A stretch of 64,000 nt of DNA from the NCBI GenBank assembly GCA_963823665.1, contig CAWGMQ010000004.1, forward strand, positions 768,001-832,000. Reading direction: 5' to 3'. The first letter of the stretch is position 1. Every line of letters begins with the position of its first letter. The stretch comes from an uncultured Planctomycetota bacterium. Its GTDB lineage: Bacteria; Planctomycetota; Planctomycetia; Isosphaerales; Isosphaeraceae. Positions 33,238 to 42,619 of this stretch are shown piece by piece. The notes under the pieces are model-generated. The model did not search any database. It was given only the letters and a program-made list of their open reading frames with translations, and was not told where the DNA came from. The position numbers were made by a program, and so were the translations under genes.

Positions 33238-33717
33238 ATGCCTGATCGCGTCTACATCGAGACCACGTTCGTCAGCTACTTGACCGCCCGGCCCAGCCGC
33301 GACGTGGTGTTCGCTGGTCACCAGCAGATCACTCATGAGTGGTGGAATACCCGACGGACGAATTTCGAGCTTTGCGCTTCCCAGCTCGTGTTGGATGAAG
33401 CGGGGGCAGGTGATCCTCAAGCGGCCCAAGAGCGGCTTGAGGTCTTGAATGACATGGCCATACTTGAAATGACGCCCGAAGCATTAGCTTTGGCAAAAGA
33501 GCTGATCCGCGCTGGCGCGGTGCCGGCAAAGGCCGCCGACGATGCGCTGCATATCGCCATCGCGGCCACGAATGGAGTGCACTTCCTCTTGACCTGGAAC
33601 TGCCGCCACCTGGCGAATGCGACAATGCGCCCCTCAATCGAGGCTGTCTGTGTGGCCAGGGGCCTCAAAGCCCCGATCATTTGCACACCCGAAGAACTTT
33701 TGGAGGTCAAGCCGTGA
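33238..33717 (+). CDS. PIN-domain (VapC-like) toxin
   Basis: VYIETTFVSYL...SQLVLDE...DALHIAIA...LLTWNCRHLAN...IICTPEEL. Confidence 0.88.
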   Translation: MPDRVYIETTFVSYLTARPSRDVVFAGHQQITHEWWNTRRTNFELCASQLVLDEAGAGDPQAAQERLEVLNDMAILEMTPEALALAKELIRAGAVPAKAADDALHIAIAATNGVHFLLTWNCRHLANATMRPSIEAVCVARGLKAPIICTPEELLEVKP

Positions 33718-33950
33718 ACGACCCCATCATCGACGAAATTCGCAAGGTCCGAGAGGCCCACGCGTCCCAGTTCAATTACGATTTGGACGCGATCTTCCGC
33801 GACATCAAGGAGCGGGAGAAACAAGGTCGGCGCAACGTCGTCTCTTTTCCTCCGCGCAAGGCAGAGCTGAACCAGGTGCTACGGCCCATCGGAGCCGCGA
33901 TTTCGGCTGCTCAGGATAGGACGCCCCTACAGGGCGCCCCGGCAAGTTAG
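33714..33950 (+). CDS. Small partner protein of the PIN toxin (putative antitoxin)
   Basis: GTGA overlap, GGAGG RBS; MNDPIIDEIRKVREAHASQFNYDLDAI. Confidence 0.75.
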   Translation: MNDPIIDEIRKVREAHASQFNYDLDAIFRDIKEREKQGRRNVVSFPPRKAELNQVLRPIGAAISAAQDRTPLQGAPAS

Positions 33951-33952
33951 GC
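33866..33952 (+). other. Degenerate attC-like recombination site
   Basis: Starts GCTGAAC, ends GTTAGGC (GTTRRRY), 87 bp, partial inner complementarity; the right inner box looks deleted. Confidence 0.4.
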
Positions 33953-34188
33953 CGACGGCGAGGCGGAGGAGAGGAGACGGTGTCCAACGCGGACCAGGCG
34001 AAGCCCGAGCTCAAAGCAGTGTGGGTTCCGGGGACACCATACATAACTCAAGACAATAATTGGGTGTCGCGCCCTCGCGCGAAAAAGCTCGGGAAAAGAG
34101 AATCATCACAAATGTGAAACCTTTCATCGAAACCCTGCGGGTAAGTCCGGCAAGGCCGGCCGGGCCAGCAGCCGGAGGCGTACGCGCC

Positions 34189-34535
34189 CCAATCTGATCA
34201 AGCTCCACCGCCATTCCGGAAACGTCTCCCACCTCACCTACCCCGACTTCGAAACCAACCCCCACCCCGCTTTGCTCCGCAGCGTCAAGCTCTCGCTCCG
34301 CACCCGCGAGATCGACTGCCTCGAATACCAGGCCAGCGCCAACCCGCCAATTCTTCACCGTAAGGAGTCCTTCCTCGCACCCGATCACCCACTCCACGCG
34401 AAGTTTGTGCGATTGACCGAGCAGGAGCAGAAACACGGCCTCCTCGACGACACCGTCACCCACCAGCACCCGAGACGGCTCGCAGGCCAAGCCAGCCGCG
34501 GCTAGCGTTCAATTGAAAGGCCATCGTCTGTGCAG
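34189..34535 (+). pseudogene. 3' fragment of the same methyltransferase family, copy 2
   Basis: Aligns with 32708-33053: NLIKLHRHSG.VS.LTYPDFETNPHPALLRSVKLSLRTREIDC...NPPILHRKESFLAPDHP. Confidence 0.7.
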
Positions 34536-35120
34536 AGAGTCGCACGTTCGGTAGGCCCGGTAAAGCGCGCCCGCGCTGTCGCCGCCCACCGGGGCGCCCA
34601 CCACCTGACCAATCTCATTAGATGCGCTGCCCGATAAGCAGCGAATGTCGTGCACCCCAAGCGTCACCTTCCAAGCCCGAACCCCATCCCGTGTCCTCGC
34701 CCTCGGTCTGTCGACTTGCGCCTTCGCGTGAGCCACCCTTCGCATCCTTGTTCGTCGATCGCATTTTCCAGCCGCCTTCGACCGCATCGGGCCACTCTTA
34801 CCGACAGAGAAACAGGGTCAGTTCCGGTATTGGTCAAACACGTGGTCGATTGCTGGGTTCCAGGGACACCAGGATTCCGCCGACACCATCCATGATCCAC
34901 GACAATAATCGGCTATGCTGTCCGCGCGCCAAGAGCAGAGGAAAAGGGGGCATAGCTAACTAATCACTCCCAGAGCGCACACCAACGGCGGTTCAGCTCC
35001 GTGTTCACCCCAATCCACGCGGGTCAGCCCCTGATTTCAATTCAATTCAAAATCCGGCCAACCACCGCAGCATCCGGAATCAATCAGGCCCCACCCGGTC
35101 CAAGACCAACGCAAGCCCGA

Positions 35121-35765
35121 TTAATTAGCATCGATGCGGAGCTCCGTCCGATTCGGTAGCCGCACGACCATCGCGGTTCCCGACTTGATCAGGTACTCCT
35201 CACCCGGGCTCAAAACACGCCCTTCGGGCGCGATCAGAGTGGTCCCATTGCGCGGTGGTCGAATGCCCCCTCCCCGCCGAGGAACACCGTTGACGAAAAG
35301 AATCCCACGCGAGACCCCCAGGAGCATGAAGTGCGCACGGCTGACGCAGATATCCGTCCCGTAGCCTCCCGAATGAAGGACTGCCTGCCCGGTGCCCGGG
35401 ACGATCGTCGTCGGTCGGTAAGCAGGGTCGAGGTAAGGGGGCAGAAGACCATCGCACCGTCCGACGACAACCGGCGAGTCGGGCATGAGTCGGATTGCGT
35501 ACTCAGTCTGGCTGCGTGCGGTGAGAGCAAGAGAGGACCAAGTGGTGAGGGGGCTCCCTGACAGAACAGAGATCCCGCCAGGTCTCGAACCGTCGTCCTG
35601 GTCGCCTCGAAGGTCTCGCGGTGCTCGTGTCCCGCCCGGTTTCTTCACTACGGCGGGCGGATCGAATGCAGAATCGTACAGCCGTGAGCCAGCCACGGCA
35701 CGCATAATTCTCACACCGAAACACTTCTTTAGCCGGAACACCAGATCGAGCAGGTCAAGTCCCAT
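35121..35765 (-). CDS. FHA-like domain protein with short acyl-carrier-like N-terminus (possibly chimeric)
   Basis: VVVGR...VSRAH...NGT pattern; N-terminus MGLDLLDLVFRLKKCFGVRI; GAGGAG RBS. Confidence 0.5.
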   Translation of the reverse strand: MGLDLLDLVFRLKKCFGVRIMRAVAGSRLYDSAFDPPAVVKKPGGTRAPRDLRGDQDDGSRPGGISVLSGSPLTTWSSLALTARSQTEYAIRLMPDSPVVVGRCDGLLPPYLDPAYRPTTIVPGTGQAVLHSGGYGTDICVSRAHFMLLGVSRGILFVNGVPRRGGGIRPPRNGTTLIAPEGRVLSPGEEYLIKSGTAMVVRLPNRTELRIDAN

Positions 35766-36031
35766 GGATCTCCTCCCCCCGCGCCGATCGTCCGCGCCAG
35801 CTATGGATCAACCTACCCGGCGGTCGTCGGTACCTTCGCCGCCGGGCCGGCGCGGCGCGTCCGGCGGGATCGCCCCGCCGCGAGTCGGAGTTGTCCACAT
35901 GAGTCGTCAGCTCCGGGAACGTGGTGCAGTGCGGACCCTGTTCGGCCGCCTTCACCCGATCATAACACGAGACCAAGGCACGAGGCACTACCTCAAGGCA
36001 TTCTCGACATGTCCAATTGCTTTGAAGGGAC

Positions 36032-36059
36032 TTGACATGCAACCAAATGGTTGCATAAT
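36032..36059 (+). promoter_or_regulatory. Sigma70-type promoter overlapped by a palindromic ArsR operator
   Basis: TTGACA (36032-36037), 16 bp, CATAAT (36054-36059); palindrome ATGCAACC-AAAT-GGTTGCAT at 36037-36056. Confidence 0.8.
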
Positions 36060-36065
36060 GGCGTC

Positions 36066-36395
36066 GTGGACGCAGAGATGGACAGAGTGTTCAAGGCGCT
36101 GGCCGATCCTGGCCGCAGGCGACTGCTGGACCGGCTGCACGCCGAGAACGGGCTGACGCTGAGCGAGCTTTGCGAGCACATGAACATGACGCGGCAGGCG
36201 GTGACCAAGCACTTGAGGTTGCTCGAAGAGGCGAACCTGGTTGCCACCGTCTGGAGGGGCCGCGAGAAGCTGCATTTCATCAACCCGGTACCGATTCTCG
36301 AAATCGCGGATCGCTGGATCGGCAAGTACGAGCGTGGACACCTTCGCGCCCTGGCCGATCTCAAGAAAAACCTCGAGGGGGAAACCAATGGCTAA
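36066..36395 (+). CDS. ArsR/SmtB family transcriptional regulator
   Basis: VFKALADPGRRRLL...MTRQAVTKHLRLLEEANLV...GRE; start GTG 36066 or ATG 36078. Confidence 0.92.
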   Translation: MDAEMDRVFKALADPGRRRLLDRLHAENGLTLSELCEHMNMTRQAVTKHLRLLEEANLVATVWRGREKLHFINPVPILEIADRWIGKYERGHLRALADLKKNLEGETNG

Positions 36396-36849
36396 GTCGC
36401 GATTCGTTTACGTGACGTACATTCGCACGACGCCCGAAAAGCTTTGGCACGCGCTCAAAGACCCCGAATTCACACGCCAGTACTGGAGCGAGACCTGGCA
36501 TGATTGCGACTGGAAGCAGGGTGCCTCCTGGCGGCTCATGTTGCCTGACGGACGGGTTGCCGACAGCGGCGAGGTGCTTGAAATCGTACCGGAGAAGCGA
36601 CTCGTCTTGTCGTGGCGCAACGAATTCAAGCCCGAGCTGCGCGAGGAAGGTCATTCGCGCATGACCTACGAGCTTGAACAGATTGGCGACACCATGAAGC
36701 TGACGGTGACTCACGAGATGGACGGGCCCGAGTCGAAGTTCATCGAAGCGGTATCAAACGGCTGGCCTGCCATCATGGCGAGTCTGAAGAGCCTGCTCGA
36801 AACGGGCGATTCGCTCGAGATGACCAAGCGCTGGCCGAAAGGAATTTGA
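36388..36849 (+). CDS. SRPBCC/AHSA1 domain protein
   Basis: YVTYIRTTPEKLWHAL.DPEFTRQYW...GWPAIMASLKSLLETG; overlaps the ArsR stop. Confidence 0.9.
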   Translation: MAKSRFVYVTYIRTTPEKLWHALKDPEFTRQYWSETWHDCDWKQGASWRLMLPDGRVADSGEVLEIVPEKRLVLSWRNEFKPELREEGHSRMTYELEQIGDTMKLTVTHEMDGPESKFIEAVSNGWPAIMASLKSLLETGDSLEMTKRWPKGI

Positions 36850-37391
36850 GTCGGCGCACACGGTACAAGACATGCCGCGAGAGCGGGTGGCCCGCCGGCA
36901 GCAGCGGATGATCGAAGTCATCGGCAGGCGACCGCATCATCCCGATCCGTTCCATGACTCCCCTCGACCGCAGATTCGCCGGCACCGTGAACGACACGAT
37001 TTCTTCCAAAGCGAGCTGCCGGAAGCCGAAGTCGAGTGCAGCGCGAGCGGCCTCGGTGGCATAGCCGTGGCCCCAGTGGTCATACGCGAGCCGCCAGCCG
37101 ATCTCGACGCACGGCGTGAAGGCAGCCTGGAAGTTGGGCATCGTCAGGCCGACGTAACCGACGAACCCGGCGACACCCGAGAACCTCGACAGCCCAGCGG
37201 CCGAAGCCAAGGACGGAGAACTCGCCGCGGATCCGCGCCGCCTGCGCATCGCTCTCGGCGCGATCGAGCACGGACGGGAAGAACTCCATCACCCGGGGGT
37301 CGGCGTTCATCGCGGCGAACGCGGGGAGATCATCGTCGCGCCACTGGCGAAGCTGGAGGCGGGTGGTGTGGATGATCGGATCGGACGTCAT
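36773..37391 (-). CDS. GNAT (RimJ/RimL-type) N-acetyltransferase, frameshift near 37178
   Basis: TTRLQLRQW...DPRVMEFF / EIGWRL...WGHGYATEAA...NLRSRGVMERIGM; true 3' end uncertain. Confidence 0.85.
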
Positions 37392-37482
37392 GACACTCCT
37401 TTCTTGCCGTTCGGGAGGTTAAGCTTTGACAGAGTCGAATTCAACAGCATGACAGGCAGCGAGTGATGCACTTGGATCTGGA

Positions 37483-39139
37483 ATGGGCTTGAATCCGGTG
37501 CCCATGTTCGTGTGCGCGGGAGTGGTCGCAATGGGCCGCTTGCAGGTTCCCTGCGTCTGCGTCTGGTTTCTTCTCTCTGGCATGTTGACCCGTCCTCAGC
37601 CAGCCGGGGCGGCTGGGACAAGGGATGAAGATACTCGCGCCCTTTTTGCCGCGATCCGCGACGGCAATTTGGCGACCGTGGAATCCCTTCTCCAGAATAA
37701 GGAGATAGTAAACGGGAAAGACAAGACCGGAACGACCGCCTTGATGCAAGCCGCTTCAAGCGCAGACGCCGCCATCATTCGCCTTTTGCTGGATAAGGGA
37801 GCAGATCCAAACGCGCGAGTCGAAGTCTCCGCGCCGGCACGCGACGTGTTCACACCAGTCATGGCCGCCGCGATGCGGGGCGACATGGAAACTCTTGAGC
37901 AACTGCTTTCCGCCGGGGGTGACGTTAATCTTCAGGGGGGCGACTTTGGTCGATCCGCGTTGCTCCTGGCCGCAACGACCGGCAGTGAAGAGGTCGTCCG
38001 GCTGATACTGGGCAAGGGTGCTCGCGTGAACGTGAAGGACAACCGTGGCGATACGCCCTGGAACTGGGCTTCCAGGCGTGGCGAGATGAAAGTCGTCGAG
38101 TTGATCGCGAAGGCCGGGGGTGGAGAGCAACCGCGAAAGGACCCCGGCGGCGCCTTGCCTCGCTTGCACGAGAATCCAGGTGCCGGCGGTGTGAAGCAAG
38201 CAGTGTCGAAGAGCTTGCAGCGCTTACAGCGAAGCGGCGAGTCATTCACCAAACGGAAAGGTTGCATCTCGTGCCACCAGCAGTCACTCGTGGCAATGGC
38301 GGTCGGCCTGGCGCAAGCACGGTTTCGAAGTTGATGAGAGCATCGCCAAGCAGGAGCGGTCCGGTGTGCTTCGCGTCCTGGAACGAGGTCGTGAGCGAAT
38401 CCTCGTAGGCACCGGCGTAACCGATGAGCTCGTGCCTGCATACGCCCTCGCAGGACTGGCAGCCGAAGGGCAAGAGCCCAGCGCGATCACCGATGCGCTC
38501 GTCCAGTTCCTCGTCCTGCGCCAACGACAGGATGGCTCTTGGCGCAGTCCCGTGTATCGGCCGCCCCAGGACGCGAGCGAGTTCACGTTCACCGCGCTGG
38601 CCGCGCGGGGATTGGCGGTCTTTGCTGCAAAGGGACGAAGCGAGGAGATCGCCCAGCGGATCACCCGCGCCCGCGAGTGGCTCGTGCATGCTGTGCCTTC
38701 CGAAACGGAAGACAAGGCCTTTCATCTTCTTGGACTTGTGTGGACGAACGCCGACCGCGGGCTGATTCAGAAGTCTGTCGCAGCGCTGGTTCGCGAGCAG
38801 CGAGCCGATGGCGGCTGGGCCCAACTGGCAACGCTGAGAAGCGATGCTTATGCAACCGGCGAGGTGCTTTACTCCCTTCATACGGCAGCCGGGCTCGCCA
38901 CGAGCGATCCAGAATACCGGCGTGGCGTCGAGTTTCTGCTGAGGACACAGCTTGCTGACGGTTCGTGGTACGTCCCCACGCGCAGTTTTCCGCTCCAGCC
39001 ACATGTGGAAACCGATTTTCCTCATGGGCAATCACAGTTCATCTCCATCGCGGCGACAAGCTGGGCCACGATGGCCCTGGCTTTGACACAAGCGGCGCCA
39101 ACGAGCTTCCGCGCCGGGCCGTCCGTTCCGCAATCTTGA
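37483..39139 (+). CDS. Ankyrin-repeat protein fused to a prenyltransferase/squalene-cyclase-like alpha barrel; frameshift near 38310
   Basis: Ankyrin repeats, CISCH, then QW motifs QRQDGSW, QRADGGW, QLADGSW; start uncertain. Confidence 0.8.
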
Positions 39140-39153
39140 AGAGCGATTGCCCC

Positions 39154-39819
39154 ATGGAGCAGACTTCTCGCCACATCCAAGCCTGTTACAACGCGGTCGC
39201 GCGGGAGTACGCAGAGCAATTCGCCGACGAGCTTGCACACAAGCCGCTGGACCAGGAGTTGCTGCGCCGCTTTGCCTCCGAGGTGCTCGATCGCGGGCTA
39301 GTTTACGACCTCGGCTGCGGGCCCGGGCAAACGACCGCGTTCTTGCACGACTGCAGCGCGAGCGTGCGAGGTCTGGATTTTTCGCAAGAGCTGTTGCGCG
39401 AAGCCCGCGGGCGGCATCCCGGCATCGAGTTTGAGGCGGGGGATATGCTGTCGCTGCCGCTTGCTGATTCGTCGCTCGCGGGAGTGATCGCTTTCTACTC
39501 GATTGTCCATTTTTCGCCGGGCGAGCTTCGCCGCGCCCTCGAAGAGATGTACCGAGTGCTCTGTCTCCGGGGGCGGCTGCTGCTGGCGTTCCACATTGGC
39601 GACGGTTCCGTTCATGTCGAAGAGTTTCTCGGCCACGCGGTTTCCTTGGACTTCGTCTTCTTCGACCCGGCGTTCATCACCGACGAGCTCTCCCGGGCGG
39701 GCTTTGCGGAGGTCGAATTGATCGAGCGTGATCCTTATCCCGAAGTGGAATACCCGAGCCGCCGGGCGTATCTGTTTGCGCAAATCCGACCGTGGCGTGG
39801 AGTGATCGAGCGAGACTAG
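39154..39819 (+). CDS. Class I SAM-dependent methyltransferase
   Basis: VYDLGCGPG, GLDFS, GDMLSLP, FYSIVH. Confidence 0.9.
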   Translation: MEQTSRHIQACYNAVAREYAEQFADELAHKPLDQELLRRFASEVLDRGLVYDLGCGPGQTTAFLHDCSASVRGLDFSQELLREARGRHPGIEFEAGDMLSLPLADSSLAGVIAFYSIVHFSPGELRRALEEMYRVLCLRGRLLLAFHIGDGSVHVEEFLGHAVSLDFVFFDPAFITDELSRAGFAEVELIERDPYPEVEYPSRRAYLFAQIRPWRGVIERD

Positions 39820-39824
39820 CCCTC

Positions 39825-40799
39825 ATGCGATTCCTGATTCTCGGCGGCACGCGGTTTATTGGTCCGGCTGTCGTGCGGCTCGCGGCGGACCAGGGGCACA
39901 CGGTCGCCGTCTTTCACCGCGGTGATAGCGAGGCCGATTTGCCCTCGTCCGTCGTCCGGCTTCTGGGTGATCGCAAGTGCCTGGCCAGTTTCCGAACCGG
40001 GTTTACTCGATTCGCTCCCGATGTCGTGATTGACACGTTCGCGATGACGGAACGGGACGGCCAGGACGTCATGCAGGTCTTCGCCGGTGTGGCCAGACGC
40101 GTCGTCGTGCTGAGCAGCATGGACGTGTACCGGGCGTACGATCGGTTTCGCGGAGTTGACCCAGGCGAGCCGGAACTCGAGCCACTGACCGAGGACGCTC
40201 TGTTGCGCGAGAGGTTGTTTCCGTACCGCACTCAGGCAAAAAATGAAAACGATCTGCTGTACCATTACGAGAAAATCCTCGTGGAACGGGCGGTTCTCGG
40301 TCAGGCGGGCTTGCCGGGGACAGTGCTGCGGTTGCCCTGCGTATACGGGCCGGGCGACTACCAGCATCGAACATTCGAGTATCTGATGCAGATGGACGAT
40401 GGCTGCTCGTCAATCCTGCTCGGCAGGCTTCGGGCAGCCTGGCGGTGGACTCGGGGCTACGTGGAGGACGTGGCGGCGGCGGTGGTGCTCGCGGCAACGG
40501 ATGAACGGGCCGCGGCGCAAATATTCAACGTCGGCGAGCCGGAAAGCCTTTCGGAGGCGGAATGGGTGCGACGGATTGGCGACGCGGCGGAGTGGACGGG
40601 CGACGTGGTGGTCGTACCTGACGACCAACTTCCGCAAGGCCCGCGGGCGAAGTTCGACTGGCGGCACTTCATCGTCGGTGACACGAGCAAGATCCGGCGC
40701 GTGCTCGGGTACCATGAGCGCGTGGCCGCTCAGGAGGCGATGGCGCGGACCGTGGCGTGGGAACGGAGACACCCACCTGATCCGATCGACTCGAAGTGA
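39825..40799 (+). CDS. NAD-dependent epimerase/dehydratase family protein
   Basis: LILGGTRFIG, LSSMDVY, YEKILVE, LRLPCVYGP. Confidence 0.9.
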   Translation: MRFLILGGTRFIGPAVVRLAADQGHTVAVFHRGDSEADLPSSVVRLLGDRKCLASFRTGFTRFAPDVVIDTFAMTERDGQDVMQVFAGVARRVVVLSSMDVYRAYDRFRGVDPGEPELEPLTEDALLRERLFPYRTQAKNENDLLYHYEKILVERAVLGQAGLPGTVLRLPCVYGPGDYQHRTFEYLMQMDDGCSSILLGRLRAAWRWTRGYVEDVAAAVVLAATDERAAAQIFNVGEPESLSEAEWVRRIGDAAEWTGDVVVVPDDQLPQGPRAKFDWRHFIVGDTSKIRRVLGYHERVAAQEAMARTVAWERRHPPDPIDSK

Positions 40800-40881
40800 T
40801 TCAACTTCGTTGCTGAGGATGCGGTTGTTTGGCGCGGCGGCGCGAGCTGAGGGCAGTCGTGCGTTTTCGCGCGGCTGAAAG

Positions 40882-40934
40882 GCGGGCGGCACACGGAGTG
40901 TGCGTGCTACAGATTCCCTTCGCGGAGCGAAGGG
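40882..40934 (-). repeat. GTAG REP copy plus a second hairpin between convergent genes
   Basis: Reverse complement GTAGCACGCACACTCCGTGTGCC; CCCTTCGC-GGA-GCGAAGGG at 40916-40934. Confidence 0.7.
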
Positions 40935-40968
40935 TGACACTGGGGAAGCGTTCCGGCTCGTACGGTGG

Positions 40969-42455
40969 TTACGGGCGTTGCAGTTCGTTTCGAAGGCGTC
41001 CGACGATCTCGGGGTGGTCGCTGGCAACGTTCTTGAGCTCGCCGGGATCGGTCGCGAGGTCGTAGAGCTGGGGCTCGGGGGCGTTGCCTAGCTCGGAGTT
41101 GGTCGGGATGTTCTTCTTCGGTCCGTTCGAGGGCGGAATGAACTTCCATTTGCCTTGACGCACGGCGAGGCCGCCCGCGTGTTCGATCAGCGTCTCCCGG
41201 CCGACCGGGTCTTCGCCGAGGAGCGCTGGAAGATGGTTGCGCGCTATCAAGGCTTGTCGGGATGGAGGCGGGAGAGCCGGCGAGGGCGGCGAAGCTCGCG
41301 AGAAAATCGATTTGACTGACAAGTGCCTTCGAGGTTCCGGGCTTGACCTTGCCTGGCCAGCGCACCATGAATGGGACTCGCGTTCCGCCCTCAAATCTGC
41401 TGTACTTGCCGCCGCGAAACGGGCCGGCGGGTTTGTGGCCGCCCAGCTTCTCGACGGCGTCGTCGCGATAACCGTCATCCACGACCGGGCCGTTGTCGCT
41501 GGTGAAGATGACCAGCGTGTTCGCGGCAAGCCCGTTTTCGTCGAGGGTGCTCAGCACCTCGCCGACCGACCAGTCGAACTCGACGATCGCGTCGCCTCGC
41601 GGGCCCATCCCGCTCTTGCCCGCGAAGCGAGGGTGCGGCACGCGCGGGACGTGGATGTCGTGGGTTGCGAAGTAGAGGAAGAATGGTCTGGATTTGTTCC
41701 GGTTGATGAAAGCGACCGCCTCGCGCGTGAAGGTCTCGGCCATGGTTTCATCGTTCCAGAGGGCGGATTTGCCTCCGTGCATGAAGCCGATGCGGCTGAT
41801 ACCGTTCACGATCGCCATGTCGTGGCCGTGGCTGGGATGGAGATGCAACAGATCCGGATCGGTCTTGCCCGACGGGATGCCGGGGAAGGGCTTGTCGTAA
41901 CGGACTTCGATCGCGTCGGCCGGGTCGAGGCCGACGACGCGATGGTCTCTGGATGTAGACGCACGGGACGCGGTCGCCGGTGGCGGCCATGATGAACGAC
42001 TCGTCGAAGCCAACCTCGAGCGGGCCTGGCTTGATCTCGGCATTCCAATCGAGCTTGTCGCCGCCCAGGCCGAGGTGCCACTTGCCGACGACGCCGGTGC
42101 GATAGCCGGCACTTTTCAGCACGCTTGCCAGCGTGGTTGTTCCGGGCTCGATGATCAGCCGGGCGTCACCGGGCAGAACGCCGGTGCCGCGTTTACGCCA
42201 GGGGTATTGACCGGTGAGCAAGGCGTATCGGGATGGCGTGCACGTCGCGGAGCTGGAGTGGGCGTCGGTGAAATTCAGGGCGTGTTTTCGCAAGTTGTCG
42301 ATGTTTGGGGTGAGGCCGGCTTTTGCTCCGTTGCAGCTTATGTCGCCGAAGCCGACGTCGTCGGCGTAGATGAACACGATGTTGGGATTGTCGCGGGCAG
42401 CATTGGCGGGCGTCGCAAACGAGAGGACGAGAAGAGCGACGACGAATCGAATCAT
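40969..42455 (-). CDS. Sulfatase (Cys/FGly type), frameshifts near 41948 and 41241
   Basis: Signal peptide, ADDVGFG, CTPSRYALLTG, GKWHLG / FTSDNGP, GGKYSRFEGGTRVP / QLYDLATDPGE. Confidence 0.9.
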
Positions 42456-42619
42456 GAGATGGGGCCCTGCATCGGAACGGGTGGGCGTCTCGGCGGTTCG
42501 AGGTGATTTACCGTGTACGATTCACTCGCGAGGTTCCATGATTGGGCGTCGGACATCGCCGGTGACTTCCCGAGGTTTGGATCGGGAGAAATGCGGGTGT
42601 GGGCGCGCTCGGCGAGAGC

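Noticed and set aside
32708..34535. Diversity-generating retroelement template/variable repeat pair
   Set aside because: Mismatches are not adenine-specific, many are synonymous, and no reverse transcriptase is in the window
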